This document shows, piece after piece, positions 41,088 to 52,848 of a stretch of DNA of 64,000 bases. The DNA comes from the human T2T-CHM13v2.0 reference genome, Homo sapiens: assembly GCF_009914755.1 (NCBI RefSeq), contig NC_060928.1. One strand, written 5' to 3'. The position numbers and the translations under genes were made by a program. The stretch's first letter is position 1. Every line of letters begins with the position of its first letter. The notes beneath the pieces were generated by a model. It was given only the letters and a program-made list of their open reading frames with translations, ran no database searches and was not told the origin of the DNA.

Positions 41088-41938
41088 TAAAATATCGTAA
41101 AGAATGTAATTAGATTGTAACTCAAAGGATAAATGCTTGAGGAGATGGATACCCCATACTCCGTGATGTGCTTATTTCACATTGCATGCCTGTATCAAAA
41201 CATCTCATGTAACCCATAAATATATATCTATATATATAAATATATATAGATATATATCTACTATGTACTCACAAAAATTAAAAAATAAATAAAGAAAAAA
41301 AAATTAAAAATGTGGCGTTCCAAAATATCCATGTTTGGTTACTGCTGCAAAATCAAAGGCTTGCACAACTCTCCTTCCTAAAGCCCTATACTCTTACTAT
41401 TCCTGGGTCAGTATAGCCTAGTTATACAAGAATTAGGGAAACACAATATAAAATAAGATTTTGAGCTAAATAATGGATTATAATAAATTATAAAATGTTG
41501 CTCTGCTTCATGAAACTGTAACCAGATTCCTATGACACTGACTTTCGTAACAGTGGAATTATGTTTTCCTAAGCATTCTTAGACAAGCAGTTTCATTCTT
41601 TTCTACTCAAAGCACATTGTTCACATGTTTCACATTGCAAAGCATGGCACCATCCTTTCCTGACTTATCCTCCACCACCTCTCCATGAGATCATAACACA
41701 GGTTTGCTTCACTCACCTCGAAAAGTATTCTGAAGGAACCAAATCTGAAAATATCCTTGGTGGGTATTATACATTTCAATATGCTTTCTGATTTTATTCC
41801 CAATCCATTATTTTAAGAATTAATTTATCTAGATAATATTTTTAAATGCTGCAAGTATAATTTTATTCATTTAGAGCAAATAGAAGTGACAACACGAAAC
41901 AAAAACCAACTAACAAATTCTACTTTTCAGTTGCTTTA

Positions 41939-42402
41939 TGTTGTGGATTGAATTGTATATCCCCAAAAGGTATGTTGAAGTCTTAACTTCCTGTACCTGA
42001 CAATGTGATCTTATTTGAAAATCCGGCCTTTGCCAGTATAATATAGCTAAGAGGTGATCATATTGGACTAAGATGAGCCCTAATTGCTCTAATCCAATGA
42101 CTGGTCTCCTTAAAGATGGGGGAAGTTTGGGGCCCACAAACATAGACACAGAGGGAAGAATGCCATGTGAAGATAGAAGCAGAGACTGGAGTTATACACC
42201 TGAAAGTCAAGGAATGCCAAGGACTGACGGCTGCCACCAGAATCAAGGATGAAGCTAGGGATGATTCTACCCTTAGTTGTAGAGGAAGCATGACTCCTTG
42301 ACTTTAAACTTCTATTTTCCAGAACTATGAGAGAATAAATGTCTGTTGTTTTAAACTGCCCAATTGTGGTGATTTGTTACAGTAACTCTAGGATACTAAT
42401 GA
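41939..42402 (+). mobile_element. MLT1C-like MaLR solo LTR
   Basis: 'tgttgtggattgaattgt...ccagaactatgagagaataaatgtctgttgttttaa'; perfect TSD CTTTA. Confidence 0.85.
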
Positions 42403-43764
42403 CTTTATAATTAAATATTTGTAATGATGGAAGCTATTAGAGATATTTTTTGGTCATCTTATCTGCATAAAAATAACATTTATTCTAACTGTTCCAATGA
42501 CTGACCTGTATCAGCGAGAATGAAGTTAGGATAATCTAAACATTTTATCAAAGACAAATTATCTGTAAGCTTCAGGCAATACTAACGTATAATTTATGAA
42601 TATAAAAATGTTGTTTTTTATTTCTAGTAAACAAAAACTATTATTTGAAGCATGCCCATTCTGTTTTAGAAGTAATGGTGGGGATCTGAATAGTAAAGCA
42701 GGAAAGGTTAAATGAACTTCAAAGGCAGGACAGAGCCCTTCTTTATATGAATAAAGCCCTCCTTTATATTAATCCCAATGTTGTGCTTACAAGAGGTGAC
42801 TACCATGTAGAGGTCTACAGAAAAATGGGATAGCTCAGGGTTTCTTGGAAGATGGGATATAGAGTGGGGGATAGACTATAGATAATCACAGTGATGATGA
42901 AAGATTTGCTTGTCTTTTCTACAGTAAAAGAGGCAAGTCTGGGAAGGATATACTTATGTTGTCTAACAACTAGAATGAAGTAGTAATAAAAAAGGAATTG
43001 ATAAATCTTCAGAAGTGGGTGGAAAACACATAAGAAATATCTTTGAAGAGTTCACCAATATTTGATGAGGGGAAGGTGTGGTGGAAGGAACACCATCCTC
43101 TAAATCTGATCGTATCCAAAACACTAGTCACTGCCCTTTCATATTCCTTTAATTAAGATATGATCATCTAAATGTATGTATTACTAGACATTTTAATTCT
43201 GCAATCCACTAAGGAGCATTATGATTTTGACCTCTCTGTATTTCTCCCTCCAAAAAGAGATGTATCTTGCCACATTACGTTCTTTGGGGCTTCTTAGTAT
43301 TGAACAGAGACAAATACATTAAGACATAAGAACAACACTTATGTGGAGGTGGGGGCAAAAGTGGAAAGTTTAGGGGTATTTAGGGTAAAGAATTAATTAC
43401 TCTGGTATGTGAGGGAAATGAACTGAATACGAAAAGAGAATATTTAGGATGAATTCTCTATCTCCCTCCATAGTCTTTGAGAAATTGTTTTCAGTGGAAA
43501 GGTTTATTTATTTATTTATTTTTACCATAATTCTCAGCCTAAATCATGAGAATCCTGGCTTTCTACTTCTTAAATTTTGGAATACATGTGATGAATTTTA
43601 TACCTAAGAATCAATACTTTACTATATATCTGAATAAATCCATCATCCTGATATGAGGTCTCATTGTATGTCGTCATCACTGCTGAATGCTGGACAAATG
43701 GGGAAAACAGAGTCAGCAGGACCCATGGTTATCCTTGGAATTCTACTAAACAATCAACAGGCTC

Positions 43765-44051
43765 TGTAGCATTTATCAACTTATTGTCTCTCAGCTCCAA
43801 ATTCACCCTTAAGTACCTTCTCTGCTAAACTAGACTGGAATAAACATTTTTTCTTTACAATAAGCACTATGTTAAGCTTTGACAGCCCAGGATGGTGGAA
43901 CATTGCAGGAGGAATGATGGGGCTATTTCTTGTTCCATTGAGCTGCATTTTGCTTCTCCTTGTTTCTGCTGCAGGGTCCATCAGGTGTGTGTGTGTGTGC
44001 ATGTGTGTGTGTGTGTGTGTGTGTTTAGGAGCATCCAGTGGACATACAAGT
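43765..44051 (+). mobile_element. LTR41-like ERVL LTR fragment containing a (TG)n tract
   Basis: 'ttattgtctctcagctccaaattcaccctt', 'atgttaagctttgacagc'; family assignment tentative. Confidence 0.45.
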
Positions 44052-44601
44052 TGTATTAGTCAGGGTTCTCTAGAGGGACGGGACTAATAGGATAGATGTA
44101 TATATGAAAGGGAGTTTATTAAGGAGTACTGACTCACAGAATCACAAGGTGAAGTCCCACAATAGGCCATCTGCAAGCTGAGAAACAAGGAAGCCAGTCC
44201 AAGTCCAAAACCCTCAAAAGTAGGGAAGCCAAAACTGCAGCCTTCAGTCTGTGGCAGAAGGCCCAGAAGTCCCCGGAAAACCACTGGCGTATGTCCAGGA
44301 GTCCAAAAGCTGAAGAACTTCAAGTCCAATATTTGAGGGCAGCAAGCATCCAGCATGGGAGAAAGATGGATGCCAGAAGACTTAGCCAGTGTACTCTTTC
44401 CACCGTTCTTCTGTCTGCTTTTATCCTAGCCAGACTGGCAGCTGATTAGATGGTGCCCACCCAGATTGAGGGTGTCTGTGTCTCCCAATTCACTGACTCA
44501 AATGTTAATCTCCTTCGGCGACACCCTCACAGACACACCCCGGAACAAATACTTTGCATCATTCAATCCAATCAAGTTGACACTCAGTATTAACCATCAC
44601 A
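44052..44601 (-). mobile_element. MLT2A2 (HERV-L) solo LTR
   Basis: TGTATTAGTCAGGGTTCTCTAGAGGGAC...ATTAACCATCACA; TSD caagt/catgt. Confidence 0.92.
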
Positions 44602-44784
44602 CATGTTATTCCACTCAAAGAGTTTGCTTTCTAGGGGCAAAGAGGTATTCAACAATAAAATCAATAACCATGTCTGTGATAGGCACACTAAGGAAAATAA
44701 ATGTAATGTACTGGATCTATTTAAGATGAGGGGTCAGGAATGATCTCTTTAAATAATTTACATTTTTATTAAAACCTAAAGTAG

Positions 44785-45410
44785 AATTCACTCAGAGAAG
44801 CAGAATTGCTGTGAGATCACAGAATAAGGAATTTATTATAGAGGTTAGTCATTATGCAAGTATGGAAGCTGATGGGACAGTGTAGGCATCCTGCTATCTT
44901 TGTTTGCTGAGTTGAGCCTGAAGTTGACATACATCAGCCAGACTGGCAGTCAGGAAGGAAAGCTCAATGTGGACAACTTCAAGGACAAACTGAAATCAGC
45001 AGAGACAAATTGGAAACCAAAGAGACTACTGAAATCATGTCTTGTCTTTCATTAACCCCAACCTTGATTCTGTGCAGGAGTAGCTAGCACCTACCTTCTC
45101 CACAGTTGCATATGTAGGATTAGTAATCAGAGAAGATGAAGGAGATCTGGCCAGAGCTGGAGAATCCATGGATTGGGATGCTGTCATACTGCAAAATGTG
45201 AGCTGCCACATCAGTAAGATACCTGGTGTACCTGAGTGCCTGCTGTCCTGCATCATCTTTCAGAGAGTAAAAACAATGTGGCTGCAACTTCACGTCCACC
45301 TTTGTAATCTCAGGCAAATTATTTCCTGTGTCTAAGGCTGTGTCTGGAACTATACACAGAGGAAATTCTGGGAATTCTAGTTTTTGGACCAAGCGCAAAG
45401 ACACTCCACT
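44785..45410 (-). mobile_element. Old ERVL-type LTR remnant, family uncertain
   Basis: 'gaggaaattctgggaattctag', 'cagccagactggcagtcaggaaggaa' resemble antisense old ERVL LTRs. Confidence 0.35.
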
Positions 45411-45419
45411 TGCCTACTA

Positions 45420-46040
45420 TGCAAAGAGATTAGGAAAGAGCTGGGCAGGAAGAAGAGAAAACAAAAATACTTGGAAGCAAAAACGAGCTTGACTATTATT
45501 AGGAAACAACAGTAACAATAGCTGGTTAGTATTGGATAAGGTAAACAGTGGCCCTGAAACTAGGTTAGAGATATGGTTAAGAGACCCATCATGGTCCTTG
45601 TAAGTTATGATGTGGAATACAGATTTATTCCAATTCAATAGAAAATCATTGAATAGTGCTAACCAAAAAAGTAACTGGCTTCATTATGTAGAGAATGCAA
45701 GAAGGGCAATATTGGAAGCAGGGATGTTTTACAGTAATCCAGATGAAAAATGATAGTAGAGTGAAATAGATGGATTTTTAAAAATATAATTTGAAGGTAG
45801 GCCCCAGAAAAATGTCTGAAGACTTGGATTTCCCCCTAAATTGTATTGTCCTTATTCCTCCAAGTAAGGGGACAAGAGCGGCTCAGGATTTCTGTTTCTA
45901 GTGACTGGATAGATGACAGGCAATTAAGATAGAGAACACTGGAAGATCATATTTTGGGGTGGAGAAGGAAGGGAAAACTAATATAGCATTTTATACCTGG
46001 TAACTTTGAGATACCTTTGGGACGTGTAGGTGTAGAAGGG
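45420..46040 (-). mobile_element. L2 remnant
   Basis: 'cagtaatccagatgaaaaatgatag', 'tataatttgaaggtagg', 'ctcaggatttctgtttctagtgactggatagatg', 'tttgagatacct'. Confidence 0.6.
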
Positions 46041-46310
46041 TTAAATAAGTTTATCAGAGTCACAAACATTTCTAATAACAGCATGACTATTTTCCACTCA
46101 TTAAAGCTTAACAGACACTCTGAAACGCTTGGGAACTTTGTTCATGCTTTTGCACTCTCCATATTCAATCAGTAAAAACTTATCGAATTGGTTAAAGAAA
46201 TATTTCATTGAATATTTACTATCTTTTCAATAAAAAGGGAATACAGTTACACTTTTACTTCACAGAGTTCCTAGTCTGGTGGCAGAGTAAAAGGTATGTC
46301 AATTATTAGG

Positions 46311-46597
46311 GTCAATGTGGAAAGTACTACACTGGCATGGCAATTTATATTTGATTGACTTCTAAACATGTGTCACATTCCTTTCTTCTTTGTTTCCACA
46401 GTTGAAGTCTTGTTACTGCTACATGTAGAGCTGCAGGAGCAAACTTAAGCCCAGAGGCTGGCCACCCATTTTTATAAAGTTTTATTGGAACACGGTCATG
46501 TTTATTTAATTACATATGGTTTATGACTACTTTCATACTACAAAGGCAGAGTTGAGAAGTTGCAATACAGATTATGGACTGTAAGCCTGAAATATTT
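46311..46597 (+). repeat. Dispersed direct duplication, copy 1 (287 bp)
   Basis: Aligns without gaps to 47867-48153; 25 mismatches by manual count. Confidence 0.95.
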
Positions 46598-46633
46598 ATT
46601 ATCTGGCCCTTAAGAAAAGTTTGCAGATACCTA
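46431..46633 (+). mobile_element. MER58A (hAT-Charlie)
   Basis: 'agcaaactt...tttataaagttttattggaacac...aagcctgaaatatttattatctggcccttaagaaaagtttgcagatacct'. Confidence 0.8.
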
Positions 46634-47034
46634 ATTTAGACTAAAATATTCCAAAATTCTTTAATGTTTCTTGCTTCCTCTCTCTCTTCAATTCAATCCT
46701 TCCTACACATCACTGCTAGATTAATAACTCAAAAGCTGCTATGATCCCTTCTTCGATGAGTAATGGTGTACTTAAATAAATATTAAAAATCATTATATGA
46801 GTTCCTTTGAATATATAACATCCAAGCTCACAATTTTGACAGATCCCTACTGCCTTATGAATAAAATATACATACTTATTCTGGTACTCAAAAGCCTCCA
46901 TTATATGACAAAGACCTAACTGCTTATTTCAAGTTACACCTCAGCAGAAGTGCTCTATCAAACTGACCTCCTCTTTATTTATTTGTCACTTTTTTTCACT
47001 GTCCACCAACATGCAGAAAACTCCTTTTTGTGTG

Positions 47035-47383
47035 TGTGTGTAATTTCTCACCTCAATGCCTTATTCATTATACAATCTCTATCACTGGGCCCTTCATTCT
47101 GCCTCCATCTTTGCAGTTTCAGTGATATCCATCTGCGTTTGTTAGGATAATGTCAGACAATCTCTAAAATTTCAATGACTTAATAAAAATATATTTCTTG
47201 TGTGTGTAATTTCTCACCTCAATGCCTTATTAATTATACAATCTTTATCACAGGGCCCTTCATTCTGCCCCCATCTTTGCAGTTTCAGTGATATCCATCT
47301 GTGTTTGTTAGGATAATGTCAGCTTCTAAAACAGATAATCTCTAAAATTTCAGTGACTTAATATAATAAAAATATATTTCTTG
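47035..47383 (+). repeat. Head-to-tail tandem duplication (47035-47200 and 47201-47383)
   Basis: Both copies run 'tgtgtgtaatttctcacctcaatgcc...aatatatttcttg'; about 7 substitutions plus two gaps in copy 1. Confidence 0.95.
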
Positions 47384-47762
47384 TCCACATAATAGTTCAT
47401 TGCAGCTACTCTTGGTCAGTGATGTGGGGCGAGATAGTGAGTATGGTGGTCTGCTTCACAGTCATTCAGGACTACCATTTTCAACCTAAGTCTTCCAAGG
47501 TCAACCAGGTCCATGTCCACCCAGCCAATGGGGAAGAGGTACTGGAGAAGGAGACATCACTTCTTAACCCCCTCAGCCAAGGAGGTCACACTCATTGCTT
47601 CCGCCCACATTTCATTGGTAAGAACTAGTCATATGACCCCATACAATTTTAAGGGGGGTTGAGAAATATGATCCCTGTATAAGCATCTACTCCCCAACAG
47701 CAACTCCACCTTATCAGCAGGGAGCATGACTCTTTGACGGGCAGTTAGTGGTCTCTACCAAA
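47300..47762 (-). mobile_element. MLT1K/L-type MaLR LTR
   Basis: 'tctaaaatttcagtgacttaa', 'cccacatttcattggtaagaactagtcatatgacc', 'gggcagttagtggtctctacca'. Confidence 0.7.
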
Positions 47763-47866
47763 CCTTTCATGGCACATCTCCATACTACCTTCCTAATCAG
47801 ATAAGCTCTATCCCACATTCAACCTTTGTAACACTTCATTTTTATTTATCATTAAGTTCTAACAAA

Positions 47867-48153
47867 GTCTATGTGGAAAGTGCTACACCGGCATGGCAAT
47901 TTCTATTTGATTGGCTTCTAAACATGTGTCACTTTCCTTTCTGCTTTGTTTCCACAGCTGAAGTCTTGTTACTGCTACATGTAGAGCAGCAGGAGCAAAC
48001 TTAAGCCCATAGGCTGGCCACCTGTTTTTATAAGGTTTTATTGGAACACAGTTATGTCTATTCAATTACATATTGTTTATGACTACTTTCATACTACAAA
48101 GGCAGAGTCGAGAAGTTGTGGTACAGACTATGGAGTATAAGCCTGAAATATTT
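47867..48153 (+). repeat. Dispersed direct duplication, copy 2, ending inside the MER58A sequence
   Basis: Aligns without gaps to 46311-46597. Confidence 0.95.
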
Positions 48154-48346
48154 TTATTTCATATCGGATTTGGTACTTATCATATTGGATTTTTTCTCAC
48201 TTGATTTCTTTTTTTACTTTTCTGAAAATATCATTTATTAAGCTTCCATCACTTACAATACCCTTTGTATCCACGATGGTGATGATTAAAAAAAATAACC
48301 CTTGTGTTGGATTTCATTTTGAATTTTTTGTATAGGAAATATATAT

Positions 48347-50077
<1,731 letters not shown>

Positions 50078-50761
50078 ACTTTTAGACATATCAGGGTAGT
50101 ATGATCCTCAAGGGACATCTTATCTTTCTTTTAGTCCTCAACTATTGATCCATGTATCCAACCATTTAACCATTGATTTAAGTGGGATCAAGTGACAGAG
50201 TGTATGTAGTTGCATTTGGTGAAACCCACCTACTAAATTAGAAATCTAACCCAGTAAGCATTTTCTTTGATTGTGTATCAGTATTCTCATTATCTGTGGA
50301 GATAAATAATTTAGAACCTCATAAAAATACCATTTAGAAATATTTGTCAAATAGCACAATTTTGGTATAAACATATTAAACCAGAGCCTAAGAGGCAGAG
50401 TTGATTCTTTCCTTTCCCTCACTCTTAAGATGCAATTCACCTACAAGTACTGTCACTTTTATTCTTAAAATATATATCAAATATTTACATCTTTTATTCC
50501 AGCACCTACACCCTTCATCCAAATCACCGTCCTATTTATTCTAATATATTTCATACTCCTGTCATTCTTGTCTATCTAAAGACTTTTCTGCACAAAGCAG
50601 TTAGTGATCCTCTTAAAGCATAAATCACACAATGCTACTACTCTATTTAATACCTATTATTGGCTTCTCATTGTCTTTAAAATGATATTCAGACTCCTTA
50701 CCATTGCAGTCATGATTTGGCCTCATCTATCTTTCCAGCTCCACCTCACATCACTCTCCCC

Positions 50762-51138
50762 TTATCAGTTTGCTAGGGCTGCCTTAACAAAGCTCCACAA
50801 ACCAAGTTACTTAGAATAACAGAAAATTATTTTCTCACAATTCTCGGGCTAGAATTCTGAGATCAAGGTGTCAGCAGGATTGGTTCTTCTGAGGCTTCTC
50901 TCCTTGGCTTGTAAATGGCTTTCTTCTCCCTCTGTCTTCTCATGGTCTTCTCTCTGTGCCTGTCCTAATCTCCTCTTATTAGGACGTAAGTCATATTGGA
51001 TTAGGGTCTGCCCTTAGGAACTTATTTTACCTTAGTTACCTTTTTAGAGCCCTATCTCAAAAGACAGTCATATTCTGAGGTACTGCAAATTAGGACTTTA
51101 ACATATGAATTTGGGAGGAACACAATTAACTCCCAACA
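50762..51138 (-). mobile_element. MLT1A-type MaLR LTR inside an L2 remnant (about 50440-51505)
   Basis: 'tttgctagggctgcc', 'gagatcaaggtgtcagcaggattggtt', 'catattctgaggtactg...acatatgaatttgggagg'. Confidence 0.85.
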
Positions 51139-51810
51139 CTTCTTCTCACTCAATATATGCAAGCCATATGGCTTCCATTTGTTCCTCAAACACAAGTTTT
51201 TCCTGCTTCAGTGAATTCACTTGCTTTTGCCTTTGCAAAAGGCAAAACTGCTCTTTGCATCTCTGGCTTTTCATCTTTCTTTTTCACTGCCACCTCCTCA
51301 AGGGGGGTCTTTCCTGACCAATCTGAAACACTATTACCCCCCATTATTCCTCTATCACAGTTTAGCTTGTTTATTTTCTGTTTCCTTCCTTATAACCTCC
51401 ATTAAAACAGGGCATTTGCCTCACTCATTTTTTGCTTTAGACTCTCTGTGCCTAGTGTAGTGACTTATACATTAAAGAGTTTCAATAAAGAATTGGTGAA
51501 TGAATTGTGCTTTATATAAAGTAGGAAAGTATTTCAAATAATCAAATATTTTCTAACCTTTTTTTGTATTTAAAATGTGCAAACACTCATTGCCTTTAAA
51601 ATGAAATATTTCATTTTATTTCATTTTCACCAGACTTCCTCAGTTTAAATCCCTCTCTTGAATCTTCATAACTTTGACTGAGGGCAAGTTGAATAAATGC
51701 TTTGTTATTCAATTTCCGCATTTGCAAAATGGAGATAATTATCTGTACCTAAGGCATTGGATTATTATCATGATTGAAGAAGGTGTATATAAAATACTTA
51801 CAACTACAGC

Positions 51811-52848
51811 TGTTTCAGGTAGCTAGGCAGGCATGAGTGAGGCAGGAGAGGGCTCTCCCCTACCCACCAGGAATGTTGGTTGATGGTTTGGCAATTATCA
51901 CGTTGTCTCTCTAAAAGTGATTAATTGGCAGCAGGTGCCAGGGAGAGGCTATTTCCTGGTGGTCCACACCTGTCGTGCTAAAGTGTTAATTAAATGCAGA
52001 TGCCAGGGAGAAGCAACTTCCCAGGCATGTGCATTAAGAGGCAAAAATGGCAGAGTATGACCTTCCAGGGCACTCCGCTGGCAAAGGGGAGAAAAGCCTC
52101 AGATGGGCATGGGTACAACTTCCTAAACACACTGCACTTGCTCACTTCCCAAGGGTAAGGAGGGCACTGCACATGTGGGCAGCCCACCCTAAGGAAAGAA
52201 TCATGGGAAAGGGATGCAAAATGCCAGAGGTGGGTCAGCCTATATAGTCCTAGGATCATGGTTAAATGGGGCACTTGACCTTGGTGCCCGCTTGGGTCTC
52301 TTCCAGGCATACTTTTTCTTCTTTCCTGTTCTCTTGTTCTAAAGCCTTTTTTTTTCTTCTTCAGGAAGGTATGTCCCTTTTAAATGAAAACAAACAGACA
52401 AAAATATCTCTGAAAAAGATTTGATGGTGGATCTACTAAACACTCTACAAACAACTGCCTTAAGGATTTTTTTTTCTTTTTCTTTTTTTTATTATACTTT
52501 AATTTCTGGGATACATGTGCAGAACGTGCAGGTTTGTTACATAGGTATACACGTGCCATGGTGGTTTGCTGCACCCATCAACACGTCATCTACATTAGGT
52601 ATTTCTCCTAATGCTCTCCCTCCCCCACCCCCTGACAGGCCCTGGTGTGGGATGTTCCCCTCCCTGTGTCCATGTGTTCTAAGGCCTTATTAAATCAACT
52701 TCCACTCCTGCTCTGAAACTTGCCTTGGTCACTTTTTCTGGCTTATGCCCCTCAGTCAAATTCTTTCTTTTGAGGAGGCAAGAATTGAGGTTGCTGCAGA
52801 CCTGTACGGATTCACCGCTGGTAACTTGGATACTTTCCACCAGTAACG
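51811..52848 (+). mobile_element. MER50-like ERV1 solo LTR (MER50/LTR9/MER61 group), inserted in a MIR and interrupted by an L1 insertion
   Basis: 'tgtttcaggtagctaggcaggcatgag...caggagagggctctcccc', 'cccaagggtaaggagggcactg', 3' part 'gaggaggcaagaattgaggttgctgcagacc'; TSD cagc/cacc; MIR on both flanks. Confidence 0.75.
52335..52691 (-). mobile_element. Short 5'-truncated L1PA7-like 3' end with ~110-bp 3' transduction and two poly(A) tracts
   Basis: TSD tgttctaaagccttttt / tgttctaaggccttatt; T tract; non-L1 segment 52356-52466; T tract 52467-52490; L1 3'UTR 52491-52680. Confidence 0.85.

Larger units (their letters stand above)
40095..41305 (+). mobile_element. L1MA1/2 3' end, interrupted by an MLT2 LTR and an Alu
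   Basis: 'agaatgaataagac|ctactatttgatagcacaacagggtgactatagtcaa', 'aaggataaatgcttgaggagatggatacccc', A-tail. Confidence 0.8.
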
